This document shows positions 23,541-35,243 of a DNA stretch of 64,000 bases, piece after piece; positions within the stretch are counted from its first letter, which is position 1, and every line of letters begins with the position of its first letter. Source of the DNA: Takakia lepidozioides (Eukaryota > Plantae > Bryophyta); NCBI GenBank assembly GCA_030704615.1, contig CM060733.1, positions 42,470,001-42,534,000 of the forward strand, written 5' to 3'. A program made the translations under genes and the position numbers. The notes below the pieces were generated by a model. The model was given only the letters and a program-made list of their open reading frames with translations, had not been told where the DNA came from and made no database searches.

Positions 23541-26500
23541 TAGGAACGGGACACCACCCAGGAACCGGGGAGAAGAGTATGCCACACCCGTCAGTAGCAA
23601 GATTCGACCCCAGAATTGTCTCGGTCGCACTTACTGCACTTAGCCAACTGAGCTACCGACTGTTGGTTTTTAATTTCCGAATGGGAAATCACTGCAGAGA
23701 AGCCAACACAAGGAATCTGATACTCAGAGTGCCTGCACATCTTCCAATGACATGAAAAACTCTGGTCTACAACTCCTAGTAGAAGTCTATCTTAACGCTA
23801 TTTGGTTCACTTGACTCACCGCCAAGTGTAGCCAAAACAAAACTTCAAGAATATTCACACCTAATCTCGATTCTCAATGGCACCTGATGCACTACAACAC
23901 ACAACCACGCCTTGGTGTTGAACCAATTGACCTGCCGACTCCCCTGGAAACAAAATTATTCTGGAATATCCTGCAAACATGTCACACCATCGTATCATGC
24001 AGTGTAACACAAAGCTGATGAACTCATTGATTAGTTCATGAAAACATACTTGTCATTAATTTGTGTCCCTTTTTCACAGGTTCTTGAAGTTGGTCCATGG
24101 TTGAATACAGAAGCAGTCTAACTTAGTAGTATACTTCTATAGCGTGGAAAGGTGTGACAACAACAAGAGAATATAGAAATGTCACCAAACACAAAAAATA
24201 GAGCCAGTATCCCAATGAATCTCACCTTCTCAATACTCCATGAGCCATCACAAAATTTGTCCCCGTCACTCCTTGATAGAACGTAAGAAATCACATAACA
24301 CGCGGTCAAACAAATCCTCCGCTTCTACCTGTCCAATATAGCCAATTAAACGATTATCTTGGCATTCAGATTGGAGTTCAGCTGGCTTCTTTGCAGGATA
24401 GGCAACTACCAAGCTGATGCAACCATCTTTGCATGCGGCAAGCACCCTCGTTTTGGACTCGGAACTATTCTTGTACATCTGTTCCGGATCTGTAGTTGCC
24501 ACTGCTCTAGCCCACTGCACCTCAGATCGCAGCTTCAGTTGACAGAAGACAGGAATCTTCAAATTCCCAAGTCTCACAACAAAAAGAACATCAGCTCCAG
24601 ATCTGTCGTCAAAAATGAGGCATGGCGGACGAGATTTCTCTTCAGCATCAAGAAATTTACTTACGGTGTGGATCCTATATGACTCCCTCCACACTCCTTC
24701 ATCTTCACCGGTAATCGTTGGCTTGTCCCTTGCGAATTTTGGAGGCAGGGTTGCATCCTTGAAACAGCACATATCGGCCAACAATTTTGTGCCGTCAAAC
24801 AGCTTGGCCACATGAACTGTGAAAAGTTTCTCCCATGCCCTACCCATTGCACTGGGATCATCCTTGCAATCAACCATGTAGTCTTTAAGTGATTTCTCAA
24901 ATGAATGGTTGATCGTCAAGTAGTTCATGATGCTATGATGGACTGTCGGTTCGACTATAGAGAAAGTGAATTGGGAACCTATTGAATGGTGTAGCTGTCC
25001 AAGGCCACACTCGAGCAAAGTCATATCTCCGTCCGTTGAAACGGTATGTTCTCCCCTCCCTGCATAGGCAAAGGAGGTTCCTATTCTTTGCACCAAGGAA
25101 GCACCATTGAATGATTCTTCTTTCAGGACAAATGTGCCTTTTGCTCCACACAGAGCGCTCACAGCATAATAAATGGAAGTGCTGTCATTGGTGTCGCTTG
25201 TGATCTCCTTGAAATAGTTGTCTACTACGGTTATATCCCATCTTCCTCCAGCCTTCCTCAGAAGGCGCTCGACACAACTTACCAAACACCTTCGACGGCC
25301 TCTGAACTTTTCCAGCAGATACTGGGCATTGTCCTCCATATGATCATCCTCTAGCTTCAGGTACTCGCTGCAGAATTTCAGAACCTGACGCACATCTGTC
25401 CATGAAGAAAATGGAGCAGAAGAAAATTGAACCGGGCCACCACCCCCTTCTTTTGCAATCTGCGAACCTATGTCCGCTTCCAGCTTCAAAAAGCTGACAC
25501 CTGTACCAGCAACAAATACTTTCTGCTTTGGCAACGATGTAGATGGCCGCACTAGGGCTTTGATCAACGGAGAATAAATGGACCTTAGCTCTTTCGTCTC
25601 GGGGGATTCGTAGTCATTTACATTTGTCCTTCCCAACACCTGCGCTTCATCCAGAACTACAGTGAAAGTGCCAACCTTCCCCTCTAAATCCGTCCACAGT
25701 TTTTTTATCCTAGCATTTAGCCCCTCTGAATCTTCCAGGGAAGTAACCACGTTAAAAAGTTTCCGAGTAAGCACATCATATAGATCGTTACGATCTGCAC
25801 CAAGGAAAGCACGGAATTGCACCTGGAGCATGAGCCATTGCAGAGGACTCAAATCAGGAATTTCTTGGTGACAAAATTCCAAGATTAACAACCTTGAAAG
25901 AATGGCACACCTCATACGTTTCATCACATTCCTGTGATTCATTGCCTTATCGACCTCTATCTCGTGAGAACTCACAGAGGCGACATCATCTGACCCACCG
26001 TTTCCTTTGGTTTTAGCTGTCCAAAAAAAACCCCACTTCTCTGCAAGCAGCTCGTAAAGAAACCGAGTTTTCCCACTCCCACTCACTCCAACAACTGGCA
26101 CAACACCAGTCGAGCCATCATTCGCTCGTTCCCACAAATCACCAACATCTTCAGTCCAACGAGCAGTTAATTTATCCAGTAAAATGCTTGGATAACCACG
26201 GTGGTCGAGTGGCACACCGTTCTGTATAGACAAATTGCACCCCATCTTTTTGAACGTGTCCAAAAACTCAGAAAATTTCAATTTCCATTTTTGCATAACC
26301 ACCTTCACTGATTCTGTAAGCAAAACCCACACACTTTCCGTCACTCCTGACAGATCCATGTATCTGAAGAAAAATAAGAGCATCCTATCTTGCAAATAGT
26401 TGAACAATACAAAAGATACACCAACAAAGCCTATGACCAAAGAAAATGCAAAGAGAAGGGGAACATGGAAGGGAAGGCCAAGTAACAGAGTAGCTCTACC

Positions 26501-27688
26501 TGAAAACCCGTTTCCAGAGGTTTTCAATCTCTTCGCAGATCTCTCTCCCCCTGCAAATATGTCAGATTTTGTCAAATTTCAAACGATCTGCATTCATCCA
26601 AACTCTTACCATGGAATTACTGATGAAACTGCTGTTGTATGGCAGCATCCTGTAACCCTAAACCCTAAACCGAGGACAAACTAAATTATCTGAGCACACA
26701 CCGATCTCTATCAGTCATGGAATGTTCAGAAGTTTTCAATCTCTTCCCAAATCTCTCTCCCACTGCATATATGTCAGACTCCACCCATCAGTATGTCCTG
26801 GCCTTGAAAGAGGCCCTCCCACACTTTACACAGTCACTTCAAGATCTCTCCTCTTGCCCATGGTGATACAAGGAGGGAGGTAGAAGGTGCTGTAGATTCT
26901 TGGGAGAGCTTCGCCACTTCTGCTGCTGATAGAGTCATGGAAGGAAACTAATTATCTGTGGTAGAGCAGTAAATTGGTGGACCCATGAGGTCAAGCTCAA
27001 GATTGCTGAGAGGCAGGCGCTCTATAAGGACTGCTGTAATATCAAAGATGAAAAAATGCTCTGGTCTAGATACTACCAACTGCGTAAAGAGGTCAATCAG
27101 CTTGTAAGGGATCAGAAGAGGCTTCACTGGGAGAAGTTGTACAGTGACATAAACTTAACCCACCATAGTCGTAATGACAAAAGATTATGGTTGGCCTTAC
27201 AGCCAATCATCATAAGACCAACAATTGCACAACCAATACACGTACCCTACCTGGATCTTGGCAAGAACCACAACAGTGATAGACAATGTATATAGACTGG
27301 GAAAACGTAACACACCGAAGAGAAAAGAAGACAAGAACGCAGAACACTTTAAACCTGCCCTCATCTGCCGCAATCTGACCGACCTTAAGAAAATAATAGT
27401 CCTTTAGGTCTGGAAACCTTCAAGTGCAAACCCTGTTACCTGCTGGGGGTGCTACAAAAGAATAAACCACAAGTATCAACCAACAAAACGACTTGGAATA
27501 AAAATAGAAGAGGGTGTAAGGACAGCAATCACTGTACTATTGATAACATACCAGCAGCTTCAGAGGGTTCAAAGCAAAAAACATAACGAAAAAAAAACAA
27601 ACCATAAACGCTACCAAGAAGCTGCTTGTAATGCTAAAAATATGCAAATATCTCAAGATACTAGATTCAGTTTGAAATACCCTGTCCT
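23541..27688. repeat. Segmental duplication copy 2 (includes SINE head 23541-23660)
   Basis: Direct repeat of 5263-9356. Confidence 0.95.
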
Positions 27689-29737
27689 AACAAACAACCG
27701 TGTCTTTCAAAGGACCCCCCTCATATTTTACTTGTTAACATGGATCTATCGAATGAATAAACTGCATGTGTCAACCGTACACAGGATCACACACGGGATT
27801 GGGAGAAGCTGTTGAAACCCTGAGTGCACAACGCAGCCAAGAAACCAAAAAAATTGCAAACACTTGACTCCAAGCTACGCATTGAACGAATCATTGAACA
27901 AATCAGCAACTGCAGCGGGTTTAACAATCAACTGCCCAATTGTCTTGCAAGAATTCAAATGTGCCTGCCCATCATCAGAATTGCAGACATAAAAACAAAC
28001 GGGCTCAGACTGCCCTAGGCAACCCATCGACATTCACCAGACTCTCTCCATGACGCACTATCTGACACCCTGGTTTCCATAACCAACAATCCCACACAGA
28101 AAGTAGGCTGCGAAGACAGACACAACACCGTTCAACCAAGAAGCAAGAGACGTAACAAAAATCAGATGAAGATTTGAAACCCTAACCCGAGTCATGGAAG
28201 GAAACTAATTATCTGTGGTAGAGCAGTAAATTGGTGGACCCATGAGATCAAGCTCAAGATTGCTGAGAGGCAGGCGCTCTATAAGGACTGCTGTAATATC
28301 AGCAGATCTGGTCTAGATACTACCAACTGCGTAAAGAGGTCAATCAGCTTGTAAGGGATCAGAAGAGGCTTTACTGGGAGAAGTTGTACGGTGACATAAA
28401 CTTAACCCACCATGGTGATATTGACAAAAGATTCTGGTTGGCCTTACAGCCAATCATCATAACACCAACAATTGCACAACCAATACATGTACCCTACCTG
28501 GATCTTGGCAAGAACCACAACAGTGATAGACAATGTATATAGACTGGGAAAACGTAACACACCGAAGAGAAAAGAAGACAAGAACACAGAACACTTTAAA
28601 CCTGCCCTCATCCGCCACAATCTGACCGACCTTAAGAAAAGAATAGTCCTTTAAGTCTGGAAAACTTGGACATTCAAAGAGCTAGCAAAACACATTTTAG
28701 CACGAAACCCTAACAGCTCCGGAAGAATCTCGCCTACACGGTCCTAAAGCATACCTGCATGAGTATGTGGGCTCGTAGAACAACAGGTCATAATCAAGCA
28801 AATATTCTGAAGTCAAGGTGCCAAGAATCTACATAACCTGGGCCCACGGTAAGGTGAGGCTAACATGCAGCAATGAACTATAGTGCTGCGGTGCACACTT
28901 GCGACGGCAATAGAATTATTGATTTGCATTGTCATCGGGGGTCTAGAGGGCAAGTATGAAAATAAAGTAACCCCACCTTCAAAGGGAGATCGTTAACTGC
29001 ACGGCACTACCCTAACACTAGCCATAGCTAAGAAACAAACTAATCATGAAGAATTGTCCCTTTTCTTTCCACTATTGTTCTATTGTTGTTCTATCTTGAA
29101 TCTGAGCAGATTCCATCCTATAGAATAAATAGATTATTTGCAAACCCTAAGCACTTGACCTTCTGTTCATTGACTGCTTGCACTACTCGAACTCAAGACA
29201 GAAAAACAAAGAAAAGCAACAAAAGCAAGAGAGACCGTATAGAAAAGCATGAGGGTCAATCACAGACCATACTGAAATGCAGAGATTCCTTACAATCCAA
29301 TCCAATCTTGAATCTGAGTCCTTTAAGGCTGTCACTGTTGTGGTTCTTGCGTCGCAGGGGGGTCGGCACGTCCGGCTCACCCGGGGTCCCGGCGTCACTA
29401 ACCCCCCCTAAACGTAGTAGTGAAAGTTTTCAAAGCTTGAAACACTTGCAAACCCCGAAATAATACAAAATTACAATTCAAGTTCAAGGTAAGGTGAAGT
29501 TGCACCTGCGGAAGAGGAAGCTGCTGTCACACGACACAAGCCCTTGTAGAGAGCCCGGTGGTAATTAGTCCAACGGGCGGGAAGATCAAGCTCGCTCAGA
29601 CCTCTTCGTACTGTGTCAGTCAAAGGTGCCTCTAGAACTGTCTCCGGCACTCCCTCGGACTTGAGAAATAGTAATGTTAGGTCTAACTGCTCTTTGTCAC
29701 TGAAGGTTTTCTTCAAATACACATGCAGGGTCTCCAT
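24266..29737 (-). CDS. Crinkler/CR-type effector-like gene 2: helical (possibly SAM-like) header exon (29737-29506) + linker exon (26550-26500) + NTPase/REase exon (26346-24266)
   Basis: The effector exon differs from gene 1 at 9 residues. Header METLHVYLKKTF..AASSSA ends in phase-1 GCAG|GTGCAA and shows no similarity to the gene-1 header. The exon structure is inferred. Confidence 0.75.
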
Positions 29738-31044
29738 TCCAAACAACAAGGAAAATAAGGAAGTGGTATCCTCTCTTGTCCGTGCGCAATTCTGTGATCT
29801 CGAATCCAATTCCCGTTTTGTACCAACAACCTCAACTCATCACTTTTGTGTTTTTTGCGTCTGCTACACAAAAAAAAGTTTGCCGCCCCCTCCCATTAGG
29901 GCCTCCCATCTGAGATACATCCTCCTATCCCATCTTGGTGGGAGCCAAGGAGTTGAAAGATAAGAAGGAATGAGAGTGAGTGAGATCAGTGAACGAGAGA
30001 TTGAGAGCAGCAGGAGAGACCACTTCTAGACTTAAGTGGAAGAACGAGTTGCATATAGCAATAAAAATTTAATTGTTTATTAATTAATTATTAATTGCTT
30101 AATTGTTTACGCGGGTGCAAGATAAACACAATCAGGGCAAACAAGTTTTAGGGGGCGAGTTATGCATATGTGGAAAATTTTCAAATCCTGTGAATCAAAC
30201 CTGAAAGGAAAGATCCTGAGAGACAGGAAACTAGAATAGAAGTATGCGAGGTGTCCTGAAATGCAACTGCAAACCTATGCAAGAGGCAAATGTGCGTATG
30301 AGAACTATTTCACTGGATGCACAGGAGAATAGAACCCTATCTCTGTTTTGCAAGAGAATGGACATACTAGGAACAACTTAGATGCAGATCTCACATGCGC
30401 TACTCGAAAGGGAGTTTAGGGTTTTAGGGTTTAGGGTTTACAAAAGAGTGGAAACAAATACATGTAGCAGTGCAACAGAGTTCGAACCGCGAATGCACCG
30501 GGTGTGCATTAATAGCAAAGTGCAAACAAGTTTTTAGGGAGGGCCAGTTATGGACACCTTAGAAAACTTGTAAAAATATCTAGCGTGCGAATCAAAACTA
30601 AAAAGAATTGATCCTGAGAAACAGAAAACTAGAATAGAACAGAGTGGGAGTGATATTGCAATGTTCTAAAGTGCAAATGCAAAGATATGCAAGATGCAAG
30701 TGTGTGTAATGAAACTAATTCACTGTAAGGACAGGAAAATAGTAACCTATCTTTAAGTAAGAGAATAGATACACCAAAGAACAGTCTTAGAAGGAGATCT
30801 AACATGCAACACTCGAAAAAGAGTTTAAAACATTCACTACAATAGACACAAAGCAAATGAATGCAATGAACTATGCAGAGGATCAAATCTAAAACTCAAC
30901 AACAACAACAACTCCAATGAGACAAAGAGACAAGAACACAAGATGCAGCAAAGCGAATCTCTATAATCCCCAAGTCTTTGGGTTTAGGGTTTAAGGTTAC
31001 AAGTTTAGGGTTTACAAAAGAGTGGGGTTTAGGGTTTAGGGTTT

Positions 31045-31285
31045 ACAAATGTGTCTCGACTCCGACACCGACATGCCGACGACAAACATGGCCAAATCAT
31101 TGCATTCTTCCTAGCGTGCCTCCTCTGCGGCGCATCTGGTGGATATCCTCACTGCCACAATGGAGGACATTGTGAGGTCAATTATGCAGCCATGCAGGTA
31201 CAACGAGTTCTTGAAAGGGAAACAGTGGGGCTTGGGGCCGAACAGGCAGGAAATGCTGATGCGGACTGCCACCGACTCAGAGATT
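31045..31285 (+). pseudogene. Captured ~240-bp fragment of a MULE-like transposase
   Basis: Frame reads MPTTNMAKSLHSS*RAS..DILTATMEDIVRS..YNEFLKGKQWGLGP, resembling the TNxxE-H region of MULE-type catalytic domains. Confidence 0.45.
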
Positions 31286-31888
31286 CGGTCTTAGAGATTA
31301 CCCTTTGAATCCGAATTGTGGGACTACGAGAATTGTATCCATGGAGCCAAGCTTCCAAGTCTACAAAAGAGTGGAAAAAAATACATGTAGCAGTGCAACA
31401 GAGTTCGAACCGCGAATGCACCGGGTACATTAGTAGCAAAGTGCAAACAAGTTTTTAGGGGGGGCCAGTTATGGACACCTTAGAAAACTTGTAGAAATAT
31501 TTAGCCTGTGAATCAAAACTAAAAAGAATCGATCCTGAGATACAGAAAACTAGAATAGAACAGAGTGGGAGTGATGTTGCAATGTTCTAAAGTGCAAATG
31601 CAAAGATATGCAAGAGGCAAGTGTGTGTGATTAAACTAATTCACTGTAAGGACAAGAGAATAGTAACATATCTCTAAGTAAGAGAATAGACACACTAAAG
31701 AACAGTCTTAGAAAGAGATCTAACATGCAACACTCGAAAAGGAGTTTAAAACATGCACTACATTAGACACAAAGCAAATGAATGCAATGAACTATGCAGA
31801 AGATCAAATCTAAAACTCAACAACAACAACAACGCCAATGAGACAAAGAGACAAGAACACAAGATGCAGCAAAGCGAATCTCTATAAT

Positions 31889-31930
31889 CTCCAAACTAGT
31901 TTCGCTCAGCGCGTGAGCTCATCAGTGGGA
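31889..31930 (-). ncRNA. Minimal hammerhead ribozyme
   Basis: Minus strand TCCCA-CTGATGA-GCTCA(CGCGC)TGAGC-GAAA-CTA-GTT^-TGGAG, ~45 nt downstream of a TATA box at ~31975. Confidence 0.88.
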
Positions 31931-32230
31931 AAGAGAAGGAAAAGAGATACAATGTGCACCCCTCACCCAGCTTATATACTGCGGAAAATGAACTTGTCTC
32001 GGGGGGGGGGGGATGAAAATATCTAATGGATGGAAAACATCCAAAATTGTCTCGGCTGGAGAGATCGTCCAACATAGGAAAACTTAGATGAAAAAACATC
32101 CAAATTTTTCTCGGTAGGAGAGAAATATCCAACGCATGAAATTCTAGATGAAAAACATCATAATGTTCTCTCCAAAATGGATAATCATCCAAACTAGAAG
32201 CTAACTGTATGTTTCAAATACAACTAGCCT

Positions 32231-33321
32231 CTAGATTTGTAACATAGCACGAACTAGATAGGAACGCAAATTCCATGCCCTCTTCCAACATACCATAGGT
32301 CTGTCAAATGACGCTAACTGCGGATCTTTCAAAAAGCCCACATGAAATTTAGGGTTTAGGACTCCCTCAAAGCTTAGAGCTTGAGTATAACGCAAATGCT
32401 CAAGTTTCAGAATCAAGGGGGCCCGCTTGCTCGTCAACTTACGAGTGGACTCCGAAGTCAACAGTGTAGCACGTTGTGTATAGTCACAAAGCATAAAACA
32501 CTCCAAGATAAAACACTCCAAGATAGCCTCGAGCACGAAGTCGCTCATAGAACAGTTGCCGGATCTCAGAAAAACTTGCCCGTGTGCTCTCCCTCAAAGT
32601 GTAACGTCGTAATTCGCCAATGATGAATGCTCGTTTTTGGTGTCGTGGATGACACGAGGTCCATGGCAAATACTGGTATCTGTTGAGTGCTTTTTGATAA
32701 CATCTCGAAAATAAAATCCCATGGTTGACAAAATCAACTCCCTTGAAGAACTGAATATCAAGAATGTCAACCGTAGACTCAAAGATTACCCTTTGATTCC
32801 AAATTGTGGGACTAAGAGAGTTGTGTCCATCGAGCCAAGCCTCCAAACTTGCCCGAGATCTTGCCCAAATTCCAAATCCATCATCGTTGTAGTATAGAGG
32901 CCACATACCTCCTCCAGCACCAGCCAACTCTCTTTCTAAGCTGCAAAGAAAGAGACAAGCATAAACAACAGCAAAGTTGCTACCCATTGTTGTGCCTCGG
33001 ATCTGATGCCAATAGCTTGAGCCAAATTGAAGATAGTTATTCTCCAACATCATGCGAGAAAGACTCACGACGAATCTTTCAAACCGAGGCGACTTAAACT
33101 TGTCGGCAATCATCTCCTTCAATCGTCGAAGCCCGTCCCCAGTAGGAATGCTAGGATACAATGACTCCACATCAAAGGTGAACAAAAGCACGTCGCCAGG
33201 AAGTTGCCTATCCGACAGATCTTTCAACAAAGATATAGAATCTATCAAATGGTTATCTTCCTCAAGCAGAATGGGAAACAGATGGTGATGCAACCACTTG
33301 GATGCGTGCTCAAAAACATAA
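32231..33321 (-). mobile_element. Endonuclease-less PLE RT, 5'-truncated copy
   Basis: YVFEHASKWL..FTFDVESLYPSI..QIRGTTMGSNF..YNDDGFGIW (small deletion at YIDD)..RLRARGY. Ends RSYLVRAMLQI*. Confidence 0.92.
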
Positions 33322-33953
33322 GCGGAGTGAGGGGTGCACATTGTATCTCTTTTCCTTCTCTTTCCCACTGATGAGCTCACGCGCTGAGCGAAACTAGTTT
33401 GGGGATTATAGAGATTCGTTTTGCTGCATCTTGTGTTCTTGTCTCTTTGTCTCATTGGCGTTGTTGTTGTTGTTAAGTTTTAGATTTGATCTTCTGCATA
33501 GTTCATTGCATTCATTTGCTTTGTGTTTATTGTAGTGCATGTTTTAAACTCTTTTTCGAATGTTGCATGTTAGATCTCCTTCTAAGACTGATCTTTAGTG
33601 TGTCTATTCTCTTACTTAGAGATAGGTTACTATTCTCCTGTCCTTACAGTGAATTAGTTTCATCACACACACTTGCTTCTTGCATATCTTTGCATTTGCA
33701 CTTTAGAACGTTGCAACATCACTCCCACTCTGTTCTATTCTAGTTTTCTGTGTCTCATGATCGATTCTTTTAGTTTTGATTCACAGGCTAGATATTTCTA
33801 CAAGTTTTCTAAGGTGTCCATAACTGGCCCCCCCTAAAAACTTGTTTGCACTTTGCTCCTAATGCACCCGGTGCATTCGCGGTTCGAACTCTTTTGCACT
33901 GCTACATGTATTTGTTTCCACTCTTTTGTAAACCCTAAACCCTAAACCCTAAA
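33322..33953 (+). mobile_element. Inverted PLE pseudo-LTR with hammerhead and (CCCTAAA)3 tail
   Basis: Reverse complement of ~31361-31968. Ends ccactcttttgt-aaaccctaaaccctaaaccctaaa. Confidence 0.9.
33363..33405 (+). ncRNA. Minimal hammerhead ribozyme
   Basis: TCCCA-CTGATGA-GCTCA(CGCGC)TGAGC-GAAA-CTA-GTT^-TGGGGA. Confidence 0.9.
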
Positions 33954-33954
33954 T

Positions 33955-35070
33955 GTACCTCCTCCAGCACTAGCCAACTCTCTTTCTAAGCTGCAAAGAA
34001 AGAGACAAGTATAAACAACAGCAAAGTTGCTACCCATTGCCGTGCCTCGGATCTGATGTCAATAGCTTGAGCCAAATTGAAGATAGTTATTCTCCAACAC
34101 CATGCGAGAAACACTCACGACGAATCTTTCAAACCGAGGTGACTTAAACTTGCCGGCAATCATCTCCTTCAATCGTCGAAGCCCGTCCCCAGTAGGAATG
34201 CTAGGATACAATGACTCCACATCAAAGGTAAACAAAAGCACGTCGCCAGGAAGTTGCCTATCCGACAGATCTTTCGACAAAGATATAGAATCTATCATAT
34301 GGTTATCTTCCTCAAGTAGAATGGGAAACAGATGGTGATGCAACCACTTGGATGCGTGCTTAAAAACATATCCGTTGTATGAACAAATCGGCCTCCCCAC
34401 CACCACAGGCTTGTACATTTTGAGCACGAGATAAAACATGCAGGGTCGGTAGCCCCCTTGGGGCTTGAACGCCAAAAAGTCCCTTGTCTGCCTGTCAATC
34501 AAACCAAATAAGAGAGCGGAAGCGAGCAATGCATCCAAACCATATGTGAGATTGTCAAATGGGATCTCTGCCACGGATTTGTAAACTTGTCCATCGTGGA
34601 GTTGGCGGTCTGTCTCATCCACATACCAGTCCTTCCGCATGATCACCAACCCAAGATTTTTGTCTACTAGCTTGATGACGATGGACTCATCTCTGCTCAG
34701 ACAGCGTATCGCAGTCTTGAGGTGACCTCGAATAGAAGATCTGTAGGCAGAGCGAGCCACCTCCCTTAACCGAGTCTCTACAATGTTGCGACCCTCGATG
34801 ATAATGCTTTCCAAAGTAGGAAGTCGCACACACTGATCCCAAGAAGGTTGATGAACTCTGAAAGGAAGAATGGATCTATCTCTAGCATCCCTGAAGTGAT
34901 ATCGAAGACGTAAAGATCGAGCCAAAGAGTCATAAGCATCAAGAATAGAAGAGGGAGAAGGAGGAGTAGGATGTGGAATAAAACTCAAACCTAGGCCTAA
35001 AAGCTTCTTTTCAAAACAAGAGAGTGGACGATTGGCCATGTTGTGGATGGCCACGTTGGTTAACCTGTTC
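33955..35070 (-). mobile_element. Endonuclease-less PLE RT, 3'-truncated copy (N-terminus to just before YIDD)
   Basis: ORF 34059..35054 reads IHNMANRPLS..LLGLGLSFIP..DKNLG..GRPICS..FDVESLYPSI. Segment 33955-34371 duplicates 32905-33321. Confidence 0.92.
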
Positions 35071-35209
35071 TCTACCTAAGAGACTCTCTTGCAAGAAAAA
35101 GATAAAGCTTATAGCCCTCTACATCCCTCAACGGCCACCAGAAGAGCTTGCGAGCTCCCTTCGGCTTGGATCTGCCCATGTGACCCTAAACCCTTAAAAC
35201 GTGCATAAC

Positions 35210-35243
<34 letters not shown>

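Larger units (their letters stand above)
30100..31990 (-). mobile_element. Chain of PLE pseudo-LTR retrocopies separated by telomeric repeats
   Basis: Copies at ~30100-30417 (diverged), 30440-30972, 31014-31025 (12 nt) and 31361-31985. TTTAGGG tracts at 30414-30439 and 30977-31044. RT fragment at 31288-31360. Confidence 0.85.

Noticed and set aside
33322-33953. Possible telomerase RNA gene (TATA plus CUAAACCCU)
   Set aside because: The telomeric tract is at the extreme 3' end and variable in length, the unit contains a hammerhead, and it is attached to PLE RT. A pseudo-LTR explains it better.
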